From an uncultured Bacteroidota bacterium (GTDB lineage: Bacteria; Bacteroidota; Bacteroidia; Flavobacteriales; BACL11): DNA of 64,000 nucleotides. Shown here piece after piece: positions 29,027-38,784 of this stretch. The DNA lies in assembly GCA_902587125.1 (NCBI GenBank), contig CACIJW010000004.1:31003-95002 (forward strand). The letters are read 5' to 3'. The number at the start of each line of letters is the position of its first letter. Positions within the stretch are counted from its first letter, which is position 1. The notes under the pieces were generated by a model. The model worked only from the letters and a program-made list of their open reading frames with translations. It had not been told where the DNA came from and did not search any database. The translations under genes were made by a program, and so were the position numbers.

Positions 29027-30136
29027 AAAAAGACTTTCTGTTATTTTGTCACAGATAATTTTACCTTTTCTCTCCAAAAAATAATTAGTTTTTTTATTTG
29101 ATATATATCCATCTTTTTGCCAAGACTGAATATTTCTTAGAAAGAAAACTTTATGAGACTTTTGCTTAATTTCTTTAATATTAATTCCTTTGTTAGTACG
29201 CAGTCTTCTAATTATATATTCATTATAAATATCTTTCTCACTTAAAGTTTCACTTTCATAATATTTTGTGTTAGTTTTCAAGTATTTCATATAAAGAAAA
29301 TTATTTTTTACATTCCACCTTCTTGATACTCCATTAAACGAATGAGCAGAGGGACCAACGCCTAAATATTCGCTGCCAAACCAGTAGTTTTTATTATGAT
29401 TAGACTCATAATTTTTTTTGCAAAAATTTGATATTTCGTAATTAACGAATCCTTTTTTTTCACTTAAATCAGCTATATGGTTATATTGGTTTATAAATAT
29501 CTCATCAGATGGTTTATTAATTTCATTTTGTAAAATTCTTTTATGTAAAACTGTATTAGGTTCGATAGTAAGACCATAAATAGATAAATGATTAATATCA
29601 TAACCAAAACAGATATTTAAAGACTCATCCAGTTTTTTTAAGCCTTGATTGGGCAAATTAAACATAATGTCAACAGAGATATTTTTGATTCGAGAATTAA
29701 TTGCAATCTCAACAGAATTCTTTGCTTGAATTGAGTTATGGGATCTATTTAATGATTTTAATATTTCATCATCAAAAGACTGAACGCCAATACTTAATCT
29801 GTTAATGCCCATATTAAAATAATCATCTAGTTTTTTTTTATTAATATCATCGGGATTAGTTTCAATTGTAATTTCAGTATTTTCAGTGATAATAAATACG
29901 TCACTTATGTTTTTTAATATTTTCTTTATCAAGCTAGTGGAGATAATTGATGGAGTTCCACCTCCAAAGTAAATAGAGCTTAATTTTTTATCTTTTAAAT
30001 AATCTTTTCTTGTTCGAATTTCTTTAATAATTGAGTTTATTAATTCCTCTACTTTTTTTTTAGAAACTACAAAGTGAAAGTCACAGTATATGCACCTTTT
30101 TTTGCAGAAGGGAATATGTATATAAATGCTGCTCAC
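29018..30136 (-). CDS. hemW: Radical SAM heme chaperone HemW (oxygen-independent coproporphyrinogen oxidase-like)
   Basis: IHIPFCKKRCIYCDF (CxxxCxxC) and GGGTPS. 372 aa. GTG start. Confidence 0.88.
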   Translation of the reverse strand: MSSIYIHIPFCKKRCIYCDFHFVVSKKKVEELINSIIKEIRTRKDYLKDKKLSSIYFGGGTPSIISTSLIKKILKNISDVFIITENTEITIETNPDDINKKKLDDYFNMGINRLSIGVQSFDDEILKSLNRSHNSIQAKNSVEIAINSRIKNISVDIMFNLPNQGLKKLDESLNICFGYDINHLSIYGLTIEPNTVLHKRILQNEINKPSDEIFINQYNHIADLSEKKGFVNYEISNFCKKNYESNHNKNYWFGSEYLGVGPSAHSFNGVSRRWNVKNNFLYMKYLKTNTKYYESETLSEKDIYNEYIIRRLRTNKGINIKEIKQKSHKVFFLRNIQSWQKDGYISNKKTNYFLERKGKIICDKITESLFLI

Positions 30137-30160
30137 TGTAATAGATTAAAAAATCATCCT

Positions 30161-30168
30161 TAAATTTG
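30161..30168 (+). promoter_or_regulatory. Putative -7 box TAAATTTG for msrB
   Basis: Exact TAnnTTTG, 4 nt before the ATG at 30173. Confidence 0.45.
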
Positions 30169-30172
30169 TGAT

Positions 30173-30556
30173 ATGAAACAAAATAAAAATTATTTCTCAA
30201 CTTTAACAAAGGAAGAACATGAAATAATAGTAAATAAAGGTACTGAAAAACCATTTTCAGGAAAATATAACAACTTTTACCTACAAGGAATTTTTGTTTG
30301 TAAAGCCTGTGAAACACCTCTTTACAAATCAAGTAGCAAGTTTGATTCAGGATGTGGTTGGCCTTCCTTTGATGAAGAAATAGAAGGTGCAATCTCTAGA
30401 TTTCCTGACTATTCAGGAGGTAGAGTAAGGACTGAGATTTGTTGTTCTAACTGTGGTGGGCATTTAGGTCATGTTTTTGAAGGTGAGAGATTTACGAAGA
30501 AAAATATTCGACATTGTGTTAACTCCCTAAGTATAAAGTTTGTTAAACAAAGCTGA
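30173..30556 (+). CDS. msrB: Peptide-methionine (R)-S-oxide reductase
   Basis: Zinc Cys pairs CKAC and CSNC. Catalytic RHCVNS. Confidence 0.92.
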   Translation: MKQNKNYFSTLTKEEHEIIVNKGTEKPFSGKYNNFYLQGIFVCKACETPLYKSSSKFDSGCGWPSFDEEIEGAISRFPDYSGGRVRTEICCSNCGGHLGHVFEGERFTKKNIRHCVNSLSIKFVKQS

Positions 30557-30560
30557 GTAA

Positions 30561-31757
30561 CTATACTTTTTTAAGTTTTATGCAGAAAGTGGTTCCATAA
30601 TTTTCTTCAGAACTTGACACAAAAATTTTCCCATTATGATACTCTTCAACTATTCGTTTTGTCAAAGACAATCCTAACCCCCAGCCACTTTTCTTACTAG
30701 TATACCCTGGTAAAAATATTTGATTAATTTTATTTTTAGCGATACCCTGTCCGTAATCTTTTATAAAGATATTAACTTCATAATCATTGCTGGTAATATC
30801 AAACTCTATTTTACCATTACCTTTCATAGCATCCGTTGCATTTTTACATAAATTCTCGATAGCCCATTCGAACAATGTTTTATTGGCACTCACAAATATG
30901 GAATCATTAGGGAATTTTTTAATTATTTCAATTTTTTGAGGCAGTCTTTTTTCCAAGTATTCCAAAAAATTTCCTAATAGTTCACTAATCTGATAATTTT
31001 TTAGTGCAGGAACAGATCCAATTTTTGAAAATCTATCAGTAATTGTCTCAAGTCTTCGTAAATCTTTATTAATCTCGTTTAGTGTATCAGTATTAATCTC
31101 ACTATCCTTTAATAATTCACTCCAAGCAATTAGTGATGATAGTGGGGTAGCTAGTTGATGAGCGGTTTCTTTTGCCATACCAGCCCATACTTTATTCTGT
31201 TCAGATTTTTTAGCAGAGCTAAAAATAATATATGCGATAATAAAGAAAATTAATATAAAGCCTAATTGATAAAATGGATAGTAACGAAGCATACTCAAAA
31301 TATTAGAATCTTTGTAGTATATAAATTGTTTATCTCCAACAAAATTTACCTCTATTGGAGTACTATTTTCCTCTTTCATTACTATAAGTTCTTGCTTTAA
31401 AAAATTATTTGTAATTTTTTTTTCTTTGAATAATTTAACTTTAAAAGTTAATAAACTATCTAATTTACTGTATGTTATTAAATTTCTGTACTCTAAAATA
31501 CTATCACATTCATCAACTAAAATTAAAGGTATTTTCTTATTCTCCGTGATTACATTAATTGCTAGCGAAAAGTCCCCATCAGATGATATATTAACTAAAT
31601 TTTTGGTTGCCTGAGCCCATAACTCTATCTTCTTTCTCTCCTCCTTTTTCAGTTCTTTTACTAAGTTATTTGTAAAAAAAATTGAAAATGTAGCTATTAA
31701 TATTGCAAATAATAGCAGCCATTTTTTCCATTTTTGCTCTTTATTATATACTGTCAT
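30561..31757 (-). CDS. Sensor histidine kinase (two TM segments, HisKA + HATPase_c)
   Basis: H-box ETAHQLATPLSSL. N-box/ATP-lid motifs NLCKNATDAM, DYGQGI and GWGLGLS. Confidence 0.8.
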   Translation of the reverse strand: MTVYNKEQKWKKWLLLFAILIATFSIFFTNNLVKELKKEERKKIELWAQATKNLVNISSDGDFSLAINVITENKKIPLILVDECDSILEYRNLITYSKLDSLLTFKVKLFKEKKITNNFLKQELIVMKEENSTPIEVNFVGDKQFIYYKDSNILSMLRYYPFYQLGFILIFFIIAYIIFSSAKKSEQNKVWAGMAKETAHQLATPLSSLIAWSELLKDSEINTDTLNEINKDLRRLETITDRFSKIGSVPALKNYQISELLGNFLEYLEKRLPQKIEIIKKFPNDSIFVSANKTLFEWAIENLCKNATDAMKGNGKIEFDITSNDYEVNIFIKDYGQGIAKNKINQIFLPGYTSKKSGWGLGLSLTKRIVEEYHNGKIFVSSSEENYGTTFCIKLKKV

Positions 31758-34218
31758 CGTCCCATTCTATTTCTGGAGCAATATCTTTTATTTCATCTGC
31801 AGTATCATTAATATTTTTTATAATCTCATTAATAATTTTTTTTTCTTTTTCAATTTTGTTATTGATTTTTGCTCTAAATTTTATGTTATCGAATTCAATT
31901 TTTGTGTCGTCAGTAGTTCCTATCATTTTGAGATAAATTGCACTGAGACCTTCATTGTTTGATTTAATCTCACCAATTTCTTTATTTATTTTAGTATTCT
32001 TTTTTCTAAATTCGTTTGACATGAGCTCTGATAGAAGCAGAGTAATATCGTAGTTGATCTCATTGTTTAAAGAGTGAGTGCCTGAAACAATTAAACTCAA
32101 AGCTGATGATATAATTTGCATTTCAGGTATTGTTATAAGATTATCTTTAATTTCTATTTTATTTTCAAGCTTGGAAAATTTAACATCTTTTAGGTCCTCA
32201 ACATTAACGAAATTAGATAAATTTTTTAATGGTTTAAAGTTAATTAATTCTCCCCTTTCTATAGTCAGATTTGAATTCATTGTTAATCTTTCTTTTATGA
32301 ATTTCATTCTATCATCCCAAACAGCTGATAAATTAATATTTGCAGTACCAATACCTTTAATATGTTTTGATTCTATGAAGCTTTGATTGAAGTTATTAAA
32401 AGAATGAAATGCTTGTCTAATATTTATTGAACTGAAGTTAAAATTTGTGGATAGCTTCAATTCATCCTCTATAGTTTTGTATAGCTGCATATCTCCATCA
32501 AACTGACCATTTAAAGCAGAGGCTTTTGTATTTTTTAAATTCAAAACTTGGTTGTCAATTAAAAAGTCTGTTGTTAAATTTAATGCGTCAAAACTATTGT
32601 ATGTAAAGTTTTTACTTCTCATGTTTATTTGAAGATTAACCCATTTGGGTATGACAAATTCATCCTTGTTTAATTCTATAGTTTTATTTTTTTTAAATAA
32701 ATCATCTAAGTTAACATATGTGGAATTTGTAGATCCTTGAAGAAAAAAATTTTTTTTCTTACCCAAAATGTACTCAGGTATATTCAAAATCTTACCCTTG
32801 AATTCAAAGTCTGACTCTCCGCTTGTAACATAACTTTTATAAACATCAAATTTTTTATGATTTAAATTAGCATCTAAAAACTCAATATCAAATGCGTTTT
32901 TGAAATTAATTAATTTATAAGAAAAGTTTTTAGCATCTACTTTGAAGTTATATTTTGATACTAAAAATTTATTTTTAAACTCATTGTTAAATGAAATTTT
33001 TCCAGAATAATTACAAGCTAAAAATAAATTACCAGTAATACTTTCTACATTATCTTTTTTAAGTAACATTTCCAAATCACTACCTCCAATTTTTGCTTTC
33101 ATATCAAGATTCATAAAAAAATCCTGTAGATTTTCTATGAAAAAATCTCCACTAAACTCGCTGTATTTTGTTTTGGCAAAGAAATTATCAAATGTAAACT
33201 TTGTTGAACTTAAATTAGCATACTCACCATTCGAAACTTTTCCGCTAAACTTTATGCTTTGGAGATTTAATTTTGATTTGTTAAACTTTAAACTACCGTC
33301 CTGAACAAAATATTTAATATTAACTCTAGGATTTTTTAAAGATTCATCTTCTTTTATGATGTTTCCTTTAAAAGATATTAGAGAGTTCAAGCTTATACTC
33401 TCAAATAAGTAATCAAGATACTCAGGGCAATTATTTCTAACATTAATAATTTTTTGGCTCTTAAAATTAAATTCAATGTTAAATGACTTCCAATCATTTA
33501 TATTTCCAGAGACTGATTCAGATTCTAAATCATCAATGTTAAGTTCATCAAATTTATAATCAATTTGATTGTTTTTAATTCTAACATTTCCATTCAAATA
33601 GAGCTGTTTATCATCCAAGTGATTTTTACTAAAAATTAAATCATCACAATACAAATTACCATTTAAATAAAAATTATTGCTTGCTTTGCTTGTAATTTCA
33701 AGATCTTTGATGTTGAAGAAAATTTTATTGTTTTTTTGTAATTCAGAGTATTTGAAATCTGAATTAAAAATTTTAATTCTGTTAAAGATTTTTTTGTTTA
33801 CATCAACATCGGAGCTAGTACTTTTGAATATATTAAAGTTTGTATGTTGGTCAGATTTGTAAAGGTTAATAATACCACCATTTACTTCAATAGTTGAGAA
33901 ATAAATATTATTAGTCAAAAGCTTGATTAATGGCAGATATAATTGGCATTCTTTTGCAAAAAACAAGGTGTCGTTTTCAAAATTAGATTCTTCTTTAACA
34001 CAAATATTTTTTATCGAAATTGAAATATTTGTTAAATTTTTAAAAGCAGATAAATCAATTTCTTCAAAAGAGCAGTCTGCTGAGATAACCTCATTAATAC
34101 TATTAGTGATATTTTCTTTTATGAAATCGGATTTGTATTTAGTGAAAAAAAATATTACTGATACAAAAAGAAATAATAATGTAGATATTAGTAAGAATAT
34201 TTTTTTTACTACTCCCAT
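31744..34218 (-). CDS. AsmA family membrane protein
   Basis: 824 aa with an N-terminal TM anchor. The Asn/Lys-rich repetitive beta-type sequence begins with an AsmA-like segment (FEEIDLSAFKNLTNISISIKNICV). AsmA-like C-terminal segment (IPEMQIISSALSLIVSGTHSLNNEINYDITL). Confidence 0.55.
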   Translation of the reverse strand: MGVVKKIFLLISTLLFLFVSVIFFFTKYKSDFIKENITNSINEVISADCSFEEIDLSAFKNLTNISISIKNICVKEESNFENDTLFFAKECQLYLPLIKLLTNNIYFSTIEVNGGIINLYKSDQHTNFNIFKSTSSDVDVNKKIFNRIKIFNSDFKYSELQKNNKIFFNIKDLEITSKASNNFYLNGNLYCDDLIFSKNHLDDKQLYLNGNVRIKNNQIDYKFDELNIDDLESESVSGNINDWKSFNIEFNFKSQKIINVRNNCPEYLDYLFESISLNSLISFKGNIIKEDESLKNPRVNIKYFVQDGSLKFNKSKLNLQSIKFSGKVSNGEYANLSSTKFTFDNFFAKTKYSEFSGDFFIENLQDFFMNLDMKAKIGGSDLEMLLKKDNVESITGNLFLACNYSGKISFNNEFKNKFLVSKYNFKVDAKNFSYKLINFKNAFDIEFLDANLNHKKFDVYKSYVTSGESDFEFKGKILNIPEYILGKKKNFFLQGSTNSTYVNLDDLFKKNKTIELNKDEFVIPKWVNLQINMRSKNFTYNSFDALNLTTDFLIDNQVLNLKNTKASALNGQFDGDMQLYKTIEDELKLSTNFNFSSINIRQAFHSFNNFNQSFIESKHIKGIGTANINLSAVWDDRMKFIKERLTMNSNLTIERGELINFKPLKNLSNFVNVEDLKDVKFSKLENKIEIKDNLITIPEMQIISSALSLIVSGTHSLNNEINYDITLLLSELMSNEFRKKNTKINKEIGEIKSNNEGLSAIYLKMIGTTDDTKIEFDNIKFRAKINNKIEKEKKIINEIIKNINDTADEIKDIAPEIEWDDDSI

Positions 34219-34941
34219 TTATAATCTTTTGAGAATATTCACTTCTTTTTCAGTCAAAAATCGATACTTACCCTTGATTGTATTTTTTTTTGTTATACCA
34301 GCAAAAGAAGTCCTATCTAATTTAGTTACTGTGTACCCTAGATGCTCAAATATTCTTCTTACAATTCTATTCTTTCCAATATGAATTTCAATTCCTATAT
34401 TTTTTTTAGTTTCTAGAAAAGATATTTTGTCGACTTTAACAGGGCCATCTTCTAAAATAAGATTCTTTCTAATTTTTTCAAAATCACTTGATTTCAAATT
34501 TTTATTTAATTCAACTCGATAGATTTTACTTATTTTGTTGCTAGGATGGCAAAGTTTTTTTGACAAATCACCATCATTTGTAAACATTAGTACCCCAGTT
34601 GTATTTCTATCAAGCCTTCCGACAGGAAACAACCGCTCTCTGCAAGCACCACTAATTAAATCTAAAACCGTATTTCTTTTTTGAGGATCCTTCATTGTTG
34701 TGATAAAGTTTTTTGGTTTGTTTAGCACCAGATATTTATGCTTTTCGGCTTTAATTACGGAATCATTAAATTTTACAATATCATCAACATTTACTTTATA
34801 GCCCATTGAAGTTATGATTTTATCATTGACTTTAACTAAGCCCAAAGAAATAAATTTATCAGCCTCTCTTCTTGAACAAATGCCAGAATTAGAAATGAAT
34901 TTATTTAATCTAATTTTTTTAATTTCTCCTCTCAAAATCAA
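34219..34941 (-). CDS. Pseudouridine synthase (RsuA/RluB family, N-terminal S4 domain)
   Basis: S4-like IRLNKFISNSGICSRREADKFI. Catalytic GRLDRNTTGVLMFTNDG. TTG start. Confidence 0.88.
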   Translation of the reverse strand: MILRGEIKKIRLNKFISNSGICSRREADKFISLGLVKVNDKIITSMGYKVNVDDIVKFNDSVIKAEKHKYLVLNKPKNFITTMKDPQKRNTVLDLISGACRERLFPVGRLDRNTTGVLMFTNDGDLSKKLCHPSNKISKIYRVELNKNLKSSDFEKIRKNLILEDGPVKVDKISFLETKKNIGIEIHIGKNRIVRRIFEHLGYTVTKLDRTSFAGITKKNTIKGKYRFLTEKEVNILKRL

Positions 34942-36140
34942 TACTTTATAAACTTAGCTCCTTTGCTACCTATTGATATTATGTACATTCCAGAAGCAAG
35001 CTTATCTAATTTAATATTTTTCGAATTTGAGTTTTCAGATAGAGTTATCTTCTGAACATAGTTTCCGCTTATATCATATATAAAGGCTGGCTTACCATTA
35101 AAAGAACTACTAATATTTATTTTAAGTTCTTGCATATTTTTATCGTAACTAATAACGAATAGATCTTTTAAATTATTATCAGTGCCAAGTGATTGGTTGC
35201 AAGGAAGTAGATTGTAAATGAAATCTCTGGAAAATTCTAAACCTTGAACAAATTTAGGATTTACAACACCAAACTGTGCCCATTCGTGATTTGTAAAATT
35301 AAGTTCAAGCAATTGATTATTTAGACCTTGATTATTTGCCTTAATATGAATTTCATTTGAACCACATAAGTTTAATAAGGCAGGATTGTTTAGAGCTGGA
35401 CTGCAGTTGGAATTAACCACAAGGTCTAAATCCCCATGAACACTAACTATTGGTTCTTCAGCAGAATTGATCCAACCTAAGTCATGTATACCACCTGCAA
35501 AGTTAATTACGCCATTGATTTTAGATGAGAACCCAAAATTACCTGCATCTCCTTCAAGCGTACCTCCAATTGAAGATAGTCTAGATAATATATTTTGAGG
35601 TAGTTCTAGCTCGTTGTCTATGTAGGCATGGTGAATAGCAATAACTCCTCCAGCAGAGTAACCTCCAATAAAAATTGCACTCGTATCTATACCATATGGA
35701 TTACCATTAATATAACTCTCTTTGAAAAATCTTATTGCTGCTCTGGCATCAGCTAAAGATTTTAGCACTGCATCTATCTGAGCATTTGTTGATAAGAAAA
35801 AAGTTAATATGTTAGATAGTCTATAGTTGACTGATGCAGTGACATATCCTCTTTTTGAAAAATATTCACAAAAATCAACACAGTCAATTGTTGATTTATC
35901 TCCGGCAGTAAATGATCCTCCATGAAAATAAAGTATAAGTGGTCTATTTTGTAAGCTGTCTCCGACAGGCGTATACACATCCATCTCATGCTCGCTATCA
36001 AAAAAAATATCGGAGTAATTAGTGGTGGATACATCAACATTTGAGAAAATTTCATTTATGTATCTCCCATTACATTGACTAGCTGCATTATTTAGAAAAA
36101 ACAGAAAGCATATAATTAACAAGTATTTATTTTTTTTCAT
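34938..36140 (-). CDS. Secreted alpha/beta hydrolase (esterase/lipase-like) with T9SS type-A C-terminal sorting domain
   Basis: Signal peptide. Oxyanion HGGSF and nucleophile elbow GGYSAGG. C-terminal ~75 aa (FIYDISGNYVQKITL...LASGMYIISIGSKGAKFIKY) look like a Por secretion tail. Confidence 0.75.
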   Translation of the reverse strand: MKKNKYLLIICFLFFLNNAASQCNGRYINEIFSNVDVSTTNYSDIFFDSEHEMDVYTPVGDSLQNRPLILYFHGGSFTAGDKSTIDCVDFCEYFSKRGYVTASVNYRLSNILTFFLSTNAQIDAVLKSLADARAAIRFFKESYINGNPYGIDTSAIFIGGYSAGGVIAIHHAYIDNELELPQNILSRLSSIGGTLEGDAGNFGFSSKINGVINFAGGIHDLGWINSAEEPIVSVHGDLDLVVNSNCSPALNNPALLNLCGSNEIHIKANNQGLNNQLLELNFTNHEWAQFGVVNPKFVQGLEFSRDFIYNLLPCNQSLGTDNNLKDLFVISYDKNMQELKINISSSFNGKPAFIYDISGNYVQKITLSENSNSKNIKLDKLASGMYIISIGSKGAKFIKY

Positions 36141-37830
36141 CTTCCATTTTCATTATAACTCTATCAATTTCCTCATCATTAATTCTGCTAAAAAGATGTT
36201 TTGGAATACCAATTTTATGTCCTTCATTAATTATTTTAGATATATTAAAATTCCAAGAACAATTATTTTTCATATTAATTATTTCTTTTAATTGAAGAGA
36301 GCTAAAAGGCAAAAAAGGTTCTGAAACTATTGATAATGCAGCAACTACTTTGATTGAAATATTCATTATTGTTTTTACTCTTGTTTCATCAGTTTTAATC
36401 AACTTCCAAGGCTCAGTGTCGGTTAAGTATTTGTTGCCAATTCTTGCAATGTTCATAAAACTCATCAAACTCTTTTTAAATTCAAACTTTTCAATGTAAT
36501 GACCGACTAATTCAATTGATTTTTCAGTCTCTTTTAAAATATCTTTATCAATACTCTGTAAATCACTTATTTTTGGTATGATTCCATCAAAATATTTATT
36601 TGTCAAAACAATAACACGGTTAATAAAATTTGCGTAGATATCAACAAGTTCATTATTATTTCTATTTTGAAAATCCTTCCATGTAAAGTCAGAATCTTTT
36701 TTTTCGGGACTTATAGCACATAAATAATATCTTAATGAATCTTGCTTATCTTTAAAATCTTTCTGATACTCATGTAACCATATAGCCCAGTTTTTAGAAG
36801 TAGAAATTTTCCTCCCCTCTAAATTTAAAAACTCATTTGAAGGAACATTTTTAGGTAATATATAGTTCCCATGAATTTTTAGTAGAATAGGGAAAATTAT
36901 GCAATGAAAAACAATATTATCCTTTCCTATAAAATGAATGAGCTCAGTTTCATCATTCATCCAATAATCTTTCCAGTTTTTATTCTTCTCTTTTGCCCAA
37001 GCTTTGGTTGAAGAAATATAACCTATGGGAGCATCAAGCCATACATAAAGAACTTTTCCATCAGTGTTTTTAACTGGCAATTTTACTCCCCAGTCTAGAT
37101 CTCTAGTCATTGCACGTTCATTTAAACCATTGTCAATCCATGAATTACATTGACTAATTACCTGTGATTTCCAGTCTTTTGAGTCATGTTTTTTCTTTTC
37201 ATTAATAACACCCTCATTAATCCATTCTTTTAACCATTTCTCATGCTTTTGCATGTCTAAAAACCAATGTGTTGTATTTCTTAGCACTGGACTATTTCCA
37301 CTAATTTTTGATTTTGGATTTATGAGTTCGTTTGGACTAAGTGCGGTCCCACAATTTTCACATTGATCGCCATATGCATGTTTATATCCACATTTTGGAC
37401 AAGTTCCCTCAATATATCTATCTGCTAAAAATTGATTTTCTTGTTTGTCAAAATACTGTTTGGTAGTTAAGATTTTGAAAGCATTATTTTCGTTAAGTTT
37501 TAAAAAAAAATCCTGAGCAGTCTTGTGGTGAGATTCTTCAGAGGTTCTATGAAAAAAATCAAAATCTATTCCAAAGTATGAAAAAGTCTTTTTGTTAAGA
37601 TTGTGAAATTTATCAATAATTTTTTTAGGAGTAGTTTTATTTTTTTTTGCCTGCAAAGTTATCGCAGCTCCATGCTCGTCAGAACCACAAATAAAAGCTA
37701 CATCATTGCCTTTATTTTTTTGATATCGCACAAAAATATCGGCAGGTAAATAGGCTCCTGCCAAATGCCCAATGTGTAGTGGTCCATTTGCATATGGTAG
37801 CGCAGATGTAACAGTAAACCTTTTTTTCAT
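36127..37830 (-). CDS. metG: Methionine--tRNA ligase (short form without C-terminal tRNA-binding domain)
   Basis: PYANGPLHIGH (HIGH). Zinc knuckle CPKCGYKHAYGDQCENCG. KISTSKN (KMSKS variant). Confidence 0.95.
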   Translation of the reverse strand: MKKRFTVTSALPYANGPLHIGHLAGAYLPADIFVRYQKNKGNDVAFICGSDEHGAAITLQAKKNKTTPKKIIDKFHNLNKKTFSYFGIDFDFFHRTSEESHHKTAQDFFLKLNENNAFKILTTKQYFDKQENQFLADRYIEGTCPKCGYKHAYGDQCENCGTALSPNELINPKSKISGNSPVLRNTTHWFLDMQKHEKWLKEWINEGVINEKKKHDSKDWKSQVISQCNSWIDNGLNERAMTRDLDWGVKLPVKNTDGKVLYVWLDAPIGYISSTKAWAKEKNKNWKDYWMNDETELIHFIGKDNIVFHCIIFPILLKIHGNYILPKNVPSNEFLNLEGRKISTSKNWAIWLHEYQKDFKDKQDSLRYYLCAISPEKKDSDFTWKDFQNRNNNELVDIYANFINRVIVLTNKYFDGIIPKISDLQSIDKDILKETEKSIELVGHYIEKFEFKKSLMSFMNIARIGNKYLTDTEPWKLIKTDETRVKTIMNISIKVVAALSIVSEPFLPFSSLQLKEIINMKNNCSWNFNISKIINEGHKIGIPKHLFSRINDEEIDRVIMKMEDEKK

Positions 37831-37857
37831 TTATTAATTCAGAAAAAATTATATTAG

Positions 37858-37865
37858 CAAATATA
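37858..37865 (-). promoter_or_regulatory. Putative -7 box TATATTTG for the metG-led five-gene string
   Basis: Exact TAnnTTTG, 27 nt before the ATG at 37830. Confidence 0.4.
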
Positions 37866-37887
37866 ACTTTTAGTTTTAGTTTATAAG

Positions 37888-38784
37888 ATGAACAAAGAAC
37901 CTTCTTTATTAAAAAAAGGAGATGTTGTTTCAATCATTTCCACTGCAAGAAAAGTAGTTCAAAAAGATATCCAAAAAAGTATTGATATCTTATTAAGCTG
38001 GGGATTAAAAGTTGTATTAGCAAAAAATATATATGAATCTCACTACCAGTTTTCAGGTGAAGATAGAATTAGAAAAGATTCATTTCAAGAATTATTAGAT
38101 TCCAAAGAAATTAAAGCAATCTTTTGTGCTAGAGGAGGTTACGGAACTATAAGATTGATTGATGAACTAGATTTCAAATCATTTATTAAACATCCAAAAT
38201 GGATTATTGGTTTTAGTGATATTACAATTTTACATTCAAGCTTAAATATTATGAAATACTGTTCAATTCATTCATTTATGCCAATTAATTATGAATTAAT
38301 TTCAAAAAAAAATATTAAAAATTTATATCAAATTTTATTTTTGGGAAAAAATAATATAGAATGCTCTCCAAATTCTTTAAACAAAACTGGATCTGTTAAA
38401 TCTGAAATAGTCGGAGGTAACCTATCTATATTATATAGTTTGCTAGGATCAAAATCAGATATTAAAACAGACAATAAAATTCTCTTCATAGAAGATCTAG
38501 ACGAATATTTATACCACGTTGACAGAATGATAATTTCACTAAAAAGAGCTGGAAAATTTAACAATATAAAGGCAATGATAGTTGGTAGTATGACAAAAAT
38601 GCATGACAACAAAATTAAATTTGGAATGAATGCTAAAGAGATAATTAAATATCACACAAGAGAATATAACTTTCCAGTATGCTTTAATTTTCCTGCTGGA
38701 CATCAAAAAAATAATAGACCTATAGTTCTTGGAAAAGTTTCAAAATTAGAAATTAACTCCAATTTAGTATGTTTGTCACAATGA
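37888..38784 (+). CDS. LD-carboxypeptidase (peptidase S66)
   Basis: 298 aa. CARGGYGTIRL and GFSDITILH (nucleophile Ser context). C-terminal FPAGH. Confidence 0.8.
   Translation: MNKEPSLLKKGDVVSIISTARKVVQKDIQKSIDILLSWGLKVVLAKNIYESHYQFSGEDRIRKDSFQELLDSKEIKAIFCARGGYGTIRLIDELDFKSFIKHPKWIIGFSDITILHSSLNIMKYCSIHSFMPINYELISKKNIKNLYQILFLGKNNIECSPNSLNKTGSVKSEIVGGNLSILYSLLGSKSDIKTDNKILFIEDLDEYLYHVDRMIISLKRAGKFNNIKAMIVGSMTKMHDNKIKFGMNAKEIIKYHTREYNFPVCFNFPAGHQKNNRPIVLGKVSKLEINSNLVCLSQ

Noticed and set aside
33923-34384. A 153-aa plus-strand ORF spanning the junction between the AsmA-family gene and the pseudouridine synthase gene.
   Set aside because: It is antisense to two confidently called genes. It has a low-complexity sequence, no upstream promoter box and no family resemblance.
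36127-37830. MetRS is only 567 aa and lacks the C-terminal tRNA-binding (Trbp111/EMAPII-like) domain.
   Set aside because: Short-form MetRS is a common natural variant. All catalytic motifs and the zinc knuckle are intact, so this is not evidence of truncation or novelty.
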